60,036 nucleotides of DNA, from positions 64,001 through 124,036 of the IMG/VR virus record IMGVR_UViG_3300017605_000626; one strand, written 5' to 3'. The translations under genes and the position numbers were made by a program. Of this stretch, positions 1 through 9,222 are shown piece by piece (positions within the stretch are counted from its first letter, which is position 1; every line of letters begins with the position of its first letter). Source of the stretch: a virus. Its lineage: Duplodnaviria; Heunggongvirae; Uroviricota; Caudoviricetes. A model generated the notes under the pieces. That model saw only the letters and a program-made list of their open reading frames with translations. It had not been told where the DNA came from and made no database searches.

Positions 1-111
1 GCCCTAAAATACTACATTATACTTTAGGCTCCCCTAATATGGTAGGGTATGAAAATTGTGAATTTGCGCAGGAATGGTTAAATGAAAGAAAAATAATAGA
101 AAGGAAATATT

Positions 112-453
112 ATGCAATTTAAATTTGCTTTTGATAGTAATCCAAGAATTGAAAGATACAAGGAAATTGATCATCAGTTTTCTACTGGAGTTGATGTACA
201 TAATCATACACCTTTAGGCAGAGAAAATTGTTTGCATGAGCATATAGATTTTTGTGGTCATTGTAATGAATTTTATTGTTTAAGTTGTACAGAACAGCAT
301 TATAGGTTAAGAAAAGTTTTCTTAGAAAGATTTTTAGTTTCGGACCACTGCCAATCAATGGAAACTTTGAAAGATTACTTATTAGATGGTGGATTTATTG
401 TGGAGACTCCAGCGGTTTCTTATACTTTTAGGTCGGCTAAAATAACAGTTTAA
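112..453 (+). CDS. Hypothetical Cys/His-rich protein (possible B-box-like zinc finger)
   Basis: ORF track; CLHEH..CGHC-x4-CLSC-x3-H metal-ligand cluster. Confidence 0.5.
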   Translation: MQFKFAFDSNPRIERYKEIDHQFSTGVDVHNHTPLGRENCLHEHIDFCGHCNEFYCLSCTEQHYRLRKVFLERFLVSDHCQSMETLKDYLLDGGFIVETPAVSYTFRSAKITV

Positions 454-495
454 GAGCTTCCTATTACTGCTTAAGACGGAGATAAAAGGAGTTGC

Positions 496-903
496 ATGAT
501 TATTAGGATAAGAAAACACCATTTGTCTTATTTTAGAAGGAAGGCTGCTAGATCTAATAATGAAGTTTTTGCTATGCTTTTAGGTCGTAGAATATCACCT
601 TCTTTAATAGAAGTAGATTTTTTTAAATACCCTAAATTGGAAAGATCTACGCCTTCAGAGGTTTGGGCTGATATGTATTCCTTTGGTCTTATAGAAGAAG
701 ATGCTAAAGATGATGGATTACATATTGTTGCTGATATTCATAGTCATGTAAATTACCCCCCAGTTTTAAGCCCATGTGATTATAGTGATTTAAAAGGAAG
801 TAAATGTACTTTATCTGGGGTAGTGAGTGTTATTGGTGGCCGCACATGGGTGAATTTTTGGGAAAGAGATAAATCTTTACCAGTTAGTATTGTATATTAT
901 TAA
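496..903 (+). CDS. JAB/MPN+ (JAMM) metalloprotease
   Basis: Complete JAMM motif: E in NNEVFAMLLG, then HSH-VNYPPVL-S-PC-D = H-S-H-x7-S-x2-D; RBS AAGGAG upstream. Confidence 0.85.
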   Translation: MIIRIRKHHLSYFRRKAARSNNEVFAMLLGRRISPSLIEVDFFKYPKLERSTPSEVWADMYSFGLIEEDAKDDGLHIVADIHSHVNYPPVLSPCDYSDLKGSKCTLSGVVSVIGGRTWVNFWERDKSLPVSIVYY

Positions 904-912
904 GGATTATTT

Positions 913-1104
913 ATGAATAAAAGAGAAGTAATAGAAGATTTAACTAGAATGTACAAAGATAAGGAGAAAGAGCTTGTACAAGGTTACAGCATTTCTTCTA
1001 GATTTGTAGATTCAGAGACAAAATATAAAACTTTCACGGATGAACTATATAAATTAAGACAAGAATATGAAGATTCTTTAAGAAAAGTTGAATATTCTGA
1101 ATAA
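913..1104 (+). CDS. Hypothetical small coiled-coil protein
   Basis: ORF track; tight spacing after JAB gene; AAGGA upstream. Confidence 0.55.
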   Translation: MNKREVIEDLTRMYKDKEKELVQGYSISSRFVDSETKYKTFTDELYKLRQEYEDSLRKVEYSE

Positions 1105-1140
1105 ATCTTACTGTTTTATGCTAAAAAGGGATGAATCATG

Positions 1141-1149
1141 TGGTATAAT
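1141..1149 (+). promoter_or_regulatory. Candidate extended -10 promoter (TGGTATAAT) for the head/tail operon
   Basis: TGnTATAAT in the 160-bp gap upstream of the GT2-portal operon; no good -35. Confidence 0.45.
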
Positions 1150-1263
1150 ATACTTAGGGACGTTTCCACACTTTATACATAGGTGATTAACTTGTTACGC
1201 TTAAAGAAAAAGACTCCTAAAAAGAAGAAAATGTATTAAGAGGTATTAGAAAGGATGTAAGTT

Positions 1264-2223
1264 TTGGCAGAGCCGTTGGTTACAATAGTAATAGCTTCTA
1301 GAAAGAATGCTCAAGGACTCTGGATGAGCATCAATAATATTGAGTGGGAGTTAAAAGAAGCCGGAATAGACTTTCAGTTTGCTATAGTAACAAATGATGA
1401 TGGCAAGTTAGATACTGATTCTAGGCAAGTTATTGAAATGCTTAGAACTAAAACAGGTTACTTAAAATACTACAGACATAACGAACTACCAATGACGCCG
1501 CAACAGGCGCGACAAGAGGCAATTGACAATACAAACTCTAAATATATTATTTGTTTTGATAATCATGTCCAGCTATGTCCTGGCTTTTTTAAAAGATTTT
1601 TTCACGATTGGGAAAGTACAGAAGCAGACATACTTCATTCGGCGACACAATATTACATAAACGATTTTATTTGTTATAACTATAAGTTACAACTAAAAAA
1701 AGATTTTTGGGGAGTATCAGACAGTTTTGCTTTAAATGAATATAAGCCCTTTAAAATAGGGGCGGCTGGTCATGGTGGAGTTGGATTTAAAAGAAGTTCT
1801 TTTGAGAAATACAGCGGATATAAATTATCAAGTTCTTTTGTGGGCTATTCAGGTGAGGAATTAACAGCAGATTTAGGTACTTGGTTACAAGGTGGTAATG
1901 TTTATATAAGTCCAAGATCAATTCATAGACATTGGGCTGCAACGACTAGGGGTTACGGAAGACATCACACAGAAGATTTTTATAAAAATTTATTTTCTTG
2001 TGCTTTTATACTCGCTAATGAAACAGCCGATGACTATGTTTATACAATGATGGATCATTTTAAGTCTTGCTCTAAACCTTATTTAAAGAAGCCAATGTTT
2101 GATATATTAATGGAAGCAAAAGAAAGAAGTAAACAAGATGCTAATTGGATTAAGGAAAGACGAGTAAGAACAATAGAAGAACAACTAGAAAAGTTCGAAT
2201 TAGAAGAAGTTGCTTATAGATAA
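1264..2223 (+). CDS. Glycosyltransferase family 2 (GT-A fold)
   Basis: TIVIASR N-terminal strand, ARQEAI...SKYIICFDNH (DxH variant), GYSGEE acceptor region; TTG start; stop overlaps portal ATG. Confidence 0.8.
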   Translation: MAEPLVTIVIASRKNAQGLWMSINNIEWELKEAGIDFQFAIVTNDDGKLDTDSRQVIEMLRTKTGYLKYYRHNELPMTPQQARQEAIDNTNSKYIICFDNHVQLCPGFFKRFFHDWESTEADILHSATQYYINDFICYNYKLQLKKDFWGVSDSFALNEYKPFKIGAAGHGGVGFKRSSFEKYSGYKLSSSFVGYSGEELTADLGTWLQGGNVYISPRSIHRHWAATTRGYGRHHTEDFYKNLFSCAFILANETADDYVYTMMDHFKSCSKPYLKKPMFDILMEAKERSKQDANWIKERRVRTIEEQLEKFELEEVAYR

Positions 2224-3827
2224 TGTCACCTTATATCTCAGCAGAAGAAGTTAAGAGGCAAGAAACAGAAGAGAAATTAAAACTTCTTAGGTCCACACAT
2301 GAATTTTATGATGTGTATTATCATGATTGGAAGTTTTATCTTAATTCTTATGAAGGTGGAAATTGTGTATTAACACAAGATAACCTTTTTAAACACGCTA
2401 GGGAAAATGACGAAGACTATTTAGATAGAGTTAAAAGAGCACATTTCTTAAACTATACAAATGTAGTTGTAGATTTTTATACTAATTTTATTTTCTCTGA
2501 TGTGATAGAAAGAGATGGTCGTGATAATGACGTTTTCTATCAACAATTTATTAAAGATGTAAATAGAAAGGGAGAAAATATAGATAATTTCATGTCACAG
2601 ATTTGTACAGATTTGCAAATTTTTGGTATGGTATATGTCTTAGTAGATTCTCCTAGTATTGATGAAATTAGTGGGGCTGATGATGGAGCTATAATTACTC
2701 AGCAGTTCCAAGAAAAAAATGGTATTAGACCATATTGGATTTTGATTCAGCCCGATGAAATTTTAGATTGGGATACTGATGATTTTGGAAATTATCTTTA
2801 TGTAAAACGTAGACAATACGATGTAAAGATGTTGGCAGGATCAAAAAGAAAGTATGAAAAATTTACTGAATGGTATCCCGATAGAATTGAAACTTCATTA
2901 GTAGATTTAACCAATCCAGAAAATCCCGAATTATTGGAGTTTAGAACAGCACAAGGAAATAATGTAGGAGAAGTTCCTTTCATATCTGTGATTTATAAGA
3001 AAAGTAAAAAGTATAAAGATATGGGAGTAAGTTTTATTTGTGACATAGCTGGCAATAACAGAGAAATTCTAAATATAACTAGTCTTATTGATGAATTTTT
3101 ATATCGCCAATGTTTTAATATGTTGGCAAGAGAAAGAGACTCTTTGTTACCATTTACTTCTGCTGATGATTCAAAATTTGGTACTTCCAATGTTATAGAA
3201 TATTCAAGAGGCGGAGATCCCCCACAATATATCACACCACCAGCACAACCTGCTGAATTTTTACAAACGGAAAGAGAAAAAATAATTGGTGAGATATATA
3301 GACAAGCAATTCAAGATTTAAGATCTGACTTAGCTAATGGGGAGAAATCTTCTGGATTTAGTCAAGCTCAGTCTTTTTCACGTACTGTTCCTTTTATAGC
3401 TGCTAGAGCGGAGACTTTAGAAAGGGCAGAAAATAAATTAATGTCCTTAACGATGAAGTATTACAACGATAGGGAATGGAAAGGTAAAGTAAAATATAAG
3501 GATGACTATTCTGTAACTAATGTATCTGATGCTACATCTCATTTGCTGAAGTTATTTAAAGAACTGGCTCTTCCTTCTAAAACATTTGCTGTATTAGAAT
3601 TAAAAAGACTTGTTCAAACTCTTGATGGAAAAATAGCTACTGAGGATTTGAGTAAAGTGTTTTCTGAAATTGATAGTTTGGATTTTAATGATTGGCAGGA
3701 TAAGGTTATTGGTCAAAATAAAACTGTAGTTCCTCCTGCTGATCCAAATAAATTGCCAACCGGAAGCAATGAAAAAAAACCAGCTACTATTTCTGAAGTT
3801 TCTAAAGAAGCAAAGATTAAAAAATAA
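2223..3827 (+). CDS. Portal protein (SPP1-like)
   Basis: 534 aa; YLNSYEG, HFLNYTNVVVDFYTNFIF, LQIFGMVYVLVD, GEVPF motifs; precedes scaffold and capsid. Confidence 0.85.
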   Translation: MSPYISAEEVKRQETEEKLKLLRSTHEFYDVYYHDWKFYLNSYEGGNCVLTQDNLFKHARENDEDYLDRVKRAHFLNYTNVVVDFYTNFIFSDVIERDGRDNDVFYQQFIKDVNRKGENIDNFMSQICTDLQIFGMVYVLVDSPSIDEISGADDGAIITQQFQEKNGIRPYWILIQPDEILDWDTDDFGNYLYVKRRQYDVKMLAGSKRKYEKFTEWYPDRIETSLVDLTNPENPELLEFRTAQGNNVGEVPFISVIYKKSKKYKDMGVSFICDIAGNNREILNITSLIDEFLYRQCFNMLARERDSLLPFTSADDSKFGTSNVIEYSRGGDPPQYITPPAQPAEFLQTEREKIIGEIYRQAIQDLRSDLANGEKSSGFSQAQSFSRTVPFIAARAETLERAENKLMSLTMKYYNDREWKGKVKYKDDYSVTNVSDATSHLLKLFKELALPSKTFAVLELKRLVQTLDGKIATEDLSKVFSEIDSLDFNDWQDKVIGQNKTVVPPADPNKLPTGSNEKKPATISEVSKEAKIKK

Positions 3828-3842
3828 TTAGAGGTATAATAA

Positions 3843-4073
3843 ATGTCTTATTTAAAACCAACGTTGGAAATCGGAAGCTTGTATAAGACCACTGGCTCTA
3901 GTCCTACACGGCCTAAAGCAGTTGGAGCTAAGCCTGATGTTCCTTCTGATACCACAAAGATGCAAGCTAATAACAAGAAAACTGGTTCATTAGCTGGCCA
4001 ACCAAAAGCCATGCAGTCAAAAAAGATGTTGCCTGCTACGTCTAACCCAGACGGAAAAGACTTTAGGAAGTAA
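3843..4073 (+). CDS. Small basic low-complexity head-module protein
   Basis: ORF track; GAGG RBS; K/P/T/S-rich. Confidence 0.55.
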   Translation: MSYLKPTLEIGSLYKTTGSSPTRPKAVGAKPDVPSDTTKMQANNKKTGSLAGQPKAMQSKKMLPATSNPDGKDFRK

Positions 4074-4078
4074 TTAAA

Positions 4079-4128
4079 GTTCCGAACTCACGGAACAAAA
4101 ATATTGAGGCTTAATGCGAACTCTACGC
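4079..4128 (+). promoter_or_regulatory. Two hairpins sharing an AACTC loop upstream of the scaffold gene
   Basis: GTTCCG-AACTCA-CGGAAC (4079-4096) and GCG-AACTCTA-CGC (4116-4128). Confidence 0.35.
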
Positions 4129-4163
4129 TATTTTAAATATAGAGGCATGTAAGGAGAATAGAT

Positions 4164-4991
4164 ATGTCTACGAACGACAACAACGGTTCGGCTGTAGTGG
4201 AAGATACAAAACCAGAGAAGCTTGATTTTACTGACGCTCAGCAAGCTTATATTCAAACTTTAATAGACAGGGCTGTTGGTAAAACAGGCGCTGCTTATAA
4301 AAAGAAAATGGAGCCGCTGGAAACTACTGTTTCTACTTTGACTCAAGAACTAGAGGATGCAAAAGAACAATTGAAAAACGCAAAAACTTCTGGTGACAAA
4401 TCTGACGCCAAGGATCTAGTCGAATCATTGCAGGGACAGTTGGATGAAACAAGAAAGGTGTATAAAGAAGTTGCTAACGAGTTGGAATCATACAAGAAAA
4501 ATATTTTAGAGAAAGATAAACTTGTTGAAAGAACCAAAGAAGACATGATTGAGGTTCGAAAAATTAATTCTATTAAGCTTGCTATGGGCAAGATTGAATG
4601 GGTTGATGATGAGGCTGTAGAAGAGATCACTAAGAAATTTGTTAAGTATGACCCAGAGGAGGATGACTTTTTTGTTGTTTCTGAGCCAAAGGCTACGCAG
4701 CCTAGATTAAATGCTGCAATGCAGAAAATGACATTACAAGAGTTTTATCAGGATTACGCACAAAATAAAAAGCATTTAGTTAAAGGTGATTTGAAATTTG
4801 GTACAGGTTCCGGAGAGTCAAACCGTTCAAGTTTGACTGGAAAGAAATACACTACTGAAGATTTATTTACCAATAAACCAGGATCTGGTAAGCGAGCTAT
4901 GGAGCTAAAGCGCCTCGATCCTAAGATGTATCAGCAGTTAAGACAGACTGCCATTGAAGAAGGCAAGCTGGCTAAACCAAAATATTTTTAA
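4164..4991 (+). CDS. Capsid scaffolding protein
   Basis: Acidic/coiled-coil 275 aa directly before the capsid gene; TDAQQAYIQTLIDRAV start and GTGSG near the C-terminus are typical of scaffolds. Confidence 0.75.
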   Translation: MSTNDNNGSAVVEDTKPEKLDFTDAQQAYIQTLIDRAVGKTGAAYKKKMEPLETTVSTLTQELEDAKEQLKNAKTSGDKSDAKDLVESLQGQLDETRKVYKEVANELESYKKNILEKDKLVERTKEDMIEVRKINSIKLAMGKIEWVDDEAVEEITKKFVKYDPEEDDFFVVSEPKATQPRLNAAMQKMTLQEFYQDYAQNKKHLVKGDLKFGTGSGESNRSSLTGKKYTTEDLFTNKPGSGKRAMELKRLDPKMYQQLRQTAIEEGKLAKPKYF

Positions 4992-5014
4992 TAATTTAGG
5001 AGTTAACATATAAT

Positions 5015-5947
5015 ATGGCACCGACTTTAATTGCCAATATCATCGACCCTGAAGTTTTAGGAGACCAAATCTCTGCGAAATTTCCCGATCATTTGGTATT
5101 AGGTAACACGAATCTAGTTCAGGTTAATGGAGAGTTCCCATTGGGATCTCCGGGAACTAAATTCAAGATTCCGTTTTACAAGAGAATCGCTGCGTTCGGA
5201 GATTTGACAGAGAACGTTGCATTGACCACAAATAACGTTACCACTGGAACGGAAACTGCTACGGTAGTTCGTGGTGGTGGGGCGTATGAAGTACTCGATA
5301 CCGCAGAATTGGTATCTATCTCAGATCCTATGGCTGAAATTTCAGATCAGATTGCTCGAAGAGCCGCAGAGTATATCGACGCTAAATTGGTTTCTCAGTT
5401 GGATTTGACACCAAATAACTTTGATCAGAACGGAACAGAAGGTGTAACAGCTTCTCCAACCGGAACCCTGAATCAGAACGCTATTATTAAGGCTTATACC
5501 ACAAAGCTTGGAGATAACTATAGTTCTCTAATGAATGGTGGGTGGATTATCATGCACTCAAAGCAGTTTGCTGATTTATTGCAGACAGGCGCGGTGCAGA
5601 ATCAGTATCAGATTGGTCCTATGACAACTCAGGGTGTAATTACTCAGGGTCCGTCAGCACTTCCTATGATTGCTGGTCTTAGAATTCACGTATCAGATAG
5701 AGTTACTAGCAATACTATCTCTGCTGTACAACAGTACAAATGTTACCTTGTAGCTCCAGAATCTCTTGCTCTGTTTTACCAGAGACAGGTTATGGTAGAA
5801 TTCGACCGAGATGTTTTGAAGTTTAGTGACATTGTTTCAGCTAGTGTTCACTTCGCTCCCCATCTTTATGGGTACGATGATACTACTGCTTCAGTGGTTG
5901 CACAAGACAACAAATCTATTGCTGTGGTAAGAATTAATACCGTATAA
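5015..5947 (+). CDS. Major capsid protein (HK97 fold, N4-gp56-like family)
   Basis: MAPTLIANIIDPEVLGDQI, GSPGTKFKIPFY, VEFDRDVLK motifs; strong AGGAG RBS; synteny. Confidence 0.88.
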   Translation: MAPTLIANIIDPEVLGDQISAKFPDHLVLGNTNLVQVNGEFPLGSPGTKFKIPFYKRIAAFGDLTENVALTTNNVTTGTETATVVRGGGAYEVLDTAELVSISDPMAEISDQIARRAAEYIDAKLVSQLDLTPNNFDQNGTEGVTASPTGTLNQNAIIKAYTTKLGDNYSSLMNGGWIIMHSKQFADLLQTGAVQNQYQIGPMTTQGVITQGPSALPMIAGLRIHVSDRVTSNTISAVQQYKCYLVAPESLALFYQRQVMVEFDRDVLKFSDIVSASVHFAPHLYGYDDTTASVVAQDNKSIAVVRINTV

Positions 5948-6042
5948 TTTTATTTAGGCTGAGCCAGTAGAGTAAGAGTGTTTGCCGAATCGAGGCTGGA
6001 TGTGGGGAAGCAGCGCCGCCTAACTAAACTAAAGGAATTAAA

Positions 6043-6246
6043 ATGGGAATTGGAAGTCTACGCAGGCACCCAGACAGATATGGTCCTGAAGAGAAATATG
6101 AAACCTCTTTAGAACAAGATAAGTTTGAAGCAGCTTTTGAACAAGTTTTAAATAAACTGTTAGAAGAAGGTACTATAGATCTTCAGAAAGATACTGTACA
6201 GGATATTAAGTATAAAGTAGTTAATTCAAAATATTTTACAGGATAA
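6043..6246 (+). CDS. Hypothetical head-associated protein
   Basis: ORF track; AAGGA RBS; lies between capsid and adaptor. Confidence 0.55.
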   Translation: MGIGSLRRHPDRYGPEEKYETSLEQDKFEAAFEQVLNKLLEEGTIDLQKDTVQDIKYKVVNSKYFTG

Positions 6247-6249
6247 TAG

Positions 6250-6852
6250 ATGGCAGTCGTTCTTGATGATACTTTGAGTGGAGAGTACAGCAATAGTTAT
6301 GTGGATATAACGTGGGCAGATGAGTATTTTGAGGGAAGTTTTAATACTTCTAAGCAAGATGCTTGGGCAGCTTTGAATGATGACCAAAAGCAGCAAGCTT
6401 TAGTGCAAGCTACTATGTCTATAGAGAGGCTTAGATTTACTTATCCATCTAATCGTAATTTTTATAATTTAAGATATGATAAGCATTCACAGAGAGTATT
6501 ATATTTTACTGTGAATATAGAACCTATCAAATATAATTACGTACAGAATTTACAATTTCCTAGAAATCTAGATGTTGATTCTGTAACAGGTGAAACTTAT
6601 ATACCAGAAACAGTTAAAATTGCTCAAGCTGAGCAGGCTGTTTTTTTACTTACATTTAGTGACGCCGCTACCGTTCAAACAGCTAGTGGTATAACTAGAG
6701 AAATGGTAGAAATTGCTGGTCAGATTAAAAGAGATGTCTCTTACGGTGGAGTTGGAGCTATTCAAGCTTTTTCAACTACGTCAATGGCGCCTTTGGCGTA
6801 TCAATATCTTACTCCATATCTTATAAGTGGAACAACAGTGAAGAGATCGTAA
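6250..6852 (+). CDS. Head-tail adaptor (DnaT-like / gp6-gp15-type)
   Basis: NSYVDITWADEYF, QNLQFPR, VKIAQAEQA motifs. Confidence 0.75.
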   Translation: MAVVLDDTLSGEYSNSYVDITWADEYFEGSFNTSKQDAWAALNDDQKQQALVQATMSIERLRFTYPSNRNFYNLRYDKHSQRVLYFTVNIEPIKYNYVQNLQFPRNLDVDSVTGETYIPETVKIAQAEQAVFLLTFSDAATVQTASGITREMVEIAGQIKRDVSYGGVGAIQAFSTTSMAPLAYQYLTPYLISGTTVKRS

Positions 6853-6854
6853 CT

Positions 6855-7274
6855 ATGGCAATAAGTGATGATCTTAAACTTGCAGTTAAAAATATTTTAA
6901 TTCAATTTGCTCCAACTGGTAGTAGAAAAGCATATAAAAGAACAATAAGTAAAACAGGTGGAGATCAATTATTAGATATTGGCGTAACAGTCACAAACAC
7001 TGATACGTTGTTAAGTCCACAGCCAGCATTTAGAAGATTAGGTCAAAACATGGCCACTATTGCTGGAACCTCAAAAACTGTAATTGCTGATTATGTTTTT
7101 GTATTTTCTGTAGAGGCAATATCTAGAACAGAGTTATTGGGTAGTACTTCAACTATAGTATTAAAAGATTCTTCTGGGAATGAGGAGATTCTTTATTTGG
7201 TAGATTATACAGATCCGGCTGTAAGTGAGGTAGATGTAGCTTACATTGGATTCTATCGAAGTTCTGATAGGTAA
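6855..7274 (+). CDS. Putative head-closure protein
   Basis: 139 aa, beta-rich; synteny after adaptor. Confidence 0.5.
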   Translation: MAISDDLKLAVKNILIQFAPTGSRKAYKRTISKTGGDQLLDIGVTVTNTDTLLSPQPAFRRLGQNMATIAGTSKTVIADYVFVFSVEAISRTELLGSTSTIVLKDSSGNEEILYLVDYTDPAVSEVDVAYIGFYRSSDR

Positions 7275-7277
7275 GAT

Positions 7278-7697
7278 ATGAGAAATACTAGAAACTCTTT
7301 TTTAAAATTTTTAGAAGCAGAGTTGCCTAGTATAGAGATTCATCCATTAACTATAAATTCACGTTATCCAGAAGATGCGTTATTAAAATTAAATTGTTTA
7401 AATGTAAACTTTTTGAATACTAATTTTGATCCGCATATAAATGAACAAACAGTATCTTTAGATGTTATTTTTGAAAAAGAGAATGATGGAGTAGATGCTG
7501 TTGAAGATATTTTTGATTTATTAAGTAAAAGATTTTTTATACCGAAGTATGATTATACTGTTCCTTCGGTCCCAGTTTCTTTAAACAGTAATATTTATTG
7601 GGATAAAGACGTAATTAATTTTACTAAGATTTCTAACAATAAATATTACCATGCTAACACAACGTTTAACTTAAAACATTACCGTGCTCTAGCATAA
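7278..7697 (+). CDS. Putative tail terminator/completion protein
   Basis: 139 aa immediately before tail tube; synteny. Confidence 0.5.
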   Translation: MRNTRNSFLKFLEAELPSIEIHPLTINSRYPEDALLKLNCLNVNFLNTNFDPHINEQTVSLDVIFEKENDGVDAVEDIFDLLSKRFFIPKYDYTVPSVPVSLNSNIYWDKDVINFTKISNNKYYHANTTFNLKHYRALA

Positions 7698-7749
7698 GGA
7701 AAAAATGCAGTAGTATTAAAAGTTTTATTTTAGGAGTTTATATAAAAAT

Positions 7750-8379
7750 ATGGCCGTAATTGTAAATAAGAATACTCGCCAGAACCCTGTAGTTCAGGGT
7801 AAAACTGGTACGCAGGTTGTGAAGTTTATTCCAGCCCCGCGTGTGTATATTAGCACAGAAGAGTCTATTACTGCTGCTCCTGTTCAAACACACTTTATTA
7901 AGTCAAACGGTTCTACCCCTTTTGGTGGTGGTATTACTTGGCTTGATTTAGGAATTATTGAATCAGTTGCAACAGTTACATACACTAAAGAAATTAAAGA
8001 AGTTAAGACAGGTATTGACTTGGTATTGCGTCAGTCTTACGTAGGTGAGAAAACCGCCAATATTGAATTCAACTTGTCACAGTTTGATGATTTTGCATTT
8101 GAGCAGGTTTCAGGTATTTCAGCTTCAACGATTATATCTGGATCAACAATTTCTTACACAGTAGGTTCGGAAGATATTGTTTCAAAGTCTCTTTTGCTTG
8201 TATTGCAGAATAAGCTGGATGGTAAAGAAATTCAGTTATACACGCCTTCATGCGATTTGACTTTCAACTTCCAACAGAATGCTGAGTTCCTAGAACTACA
8301 GGCTCAAGGAAAATTGAAGTCATTTACGCCTTCAGGAAGCGTTACAGAAGGATTCTTTCAAATGACATTTTTTGCTTGA
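7750..8379 (+). CDS. Major tail tube protein
   Basis: WLDLGIIES-VATVTYTKE..EVKTG pattern; AGGAG RBS; precedes chaperones and tape measure. Confidence 0.75.
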   Translation: MAVIVNKNTRQNPVVQGKTGTQVVKFIPAPRVYISTEESITAAPVQTHFIKSNGSTPFGGGITWLDLGIIESVATVTYTKEIKEVKTGIDLVLRQSYVGEKTANIEFNLSQFDDFAFEQVSGISASTIISGSTISYTVGSEDIVSKSLLLVLQNKLDGKEIQLYTPSCDLTFNFQQNAEFLELQAQGKLKSFTPSGSVTEGFFQMTFFA

Positions 8380-8427
8380 TTAAGTGCTTAAAAATCAATC
8401 ACTTAATTATTTTTATAGTTTTTACAC

Positions 8428-8456
8428 TTGACAAATAATTAAATTCATGATACACT
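8428..8456 (+). promoter_or_regulatory. Sigma70-type promoter of the HNH moron
   Basis: TTGACA-N17-TACACT with TG at the extended -10 position. Confidence 0.7.
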
Positions 8457-8486
8457 CTTTTTAATTAGATTTAAGGAGAGTGTATT

Positions 8487-9173
8487 GTGACAATAGAAGA
8501 AAGATTTTTAAGCAAAGTAAATAAGAATAGTGGAAGGTTTTGTAAAGTAAAAGGTACGGAATGTTGGGAATGGTTAGCCGCTAAAGACATCGCTGGTTAT
8601 GGTGTATTTGGTAGTAAAGTTAGCCAAAGAGCACATAGATTTAGTTGTTGGTTTTATAACACTACTAGGGAAGAAGAAAAATTAGAGTTATTGGTTTGTC
8701 ATACATGTGACTGGACATCTTGTGTAAATCCTGATCATCTGTTTCTTGGCACTGATTATGATAACATGAGAGACAAGGTAAAAAAGGGACGAGCTAAAGG
8801 ACAAGCATCTGGTTCTGAACATAGTCTATCTAAGATTACTGATGGTGATGTAGAGTTAATGTTTGAATGGAATCAGTTAGGAAAATCAAATTTAGAGATA
8901 GCTGAAAAATTTAATTTAGACCCCTCTAATGTTTCTCTTATTTTAAGAGGCAAAAGATGGGGCCATGTAGAAACGCCTTATCGTTACCAAGTAAAGGATA
9001 GTAGAAGATTTACAGATCAAGAAATAATTGAGATATTTAAATCTTACAGAGAGTTAAAGAGTTATAAGAAAGTAGCTAAAAGATTTGATACAGTTCAGTC
9101 TGTTATTTATAATATAATCAAAAGAATCAAATATCCTCATGTGAGTGTTCCAGAGGTTTTATTAGTAGGTTAA
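8487..9173 (+). CDS. HNH homing endonuclease with C-terminal HTH domains
   Basis: CWEW, AHRFS, VCHTCD..CVNPDHLFLGT..DNMRD; GTG start with AAGGAG RBS. Confidence 0.9.
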   Translation: MTIEERFLSKVNKNSGRFCKVKGTECWEWLAAKDIAGYGVFGSKVSQRAHRFSCWFYNTTREEEKLELLVCHTCDWTSCVNPDHLFLGTDYDNMRDKVKKGRAKGQASGSEHSLSKITDGDVELMFEWNQLGKSNLEIAEKFNLDPSNVSLILRGKRWGHVETPYRYQVKDSRRFTDQEIIEIFKSYRELKSYKKVAKRFDTVQSVIYNIIKRIKYPHVSVPEVLLVG

Positions 9174-9222
9174 TAAGGTATGTAAGAAAGGTTTGTTTGA
9201 TGTATTTAGCATTAGACAATTT

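Noticed and set aside
2-46. Short inverted repeats (CCTAAA/TTTAGG; CCCTA/TAGGG) at the window start
   Set aside because: Stems of 5-6 bp in AT-rich DNA at the window edge; not distinguishable from chance.
1264-2223. Gene before the portal as a divergent terminase large subunit
   Set aside because: No Walker A/B or RNase H-like nuclease motifs; the motifs fit a GT-A fold.
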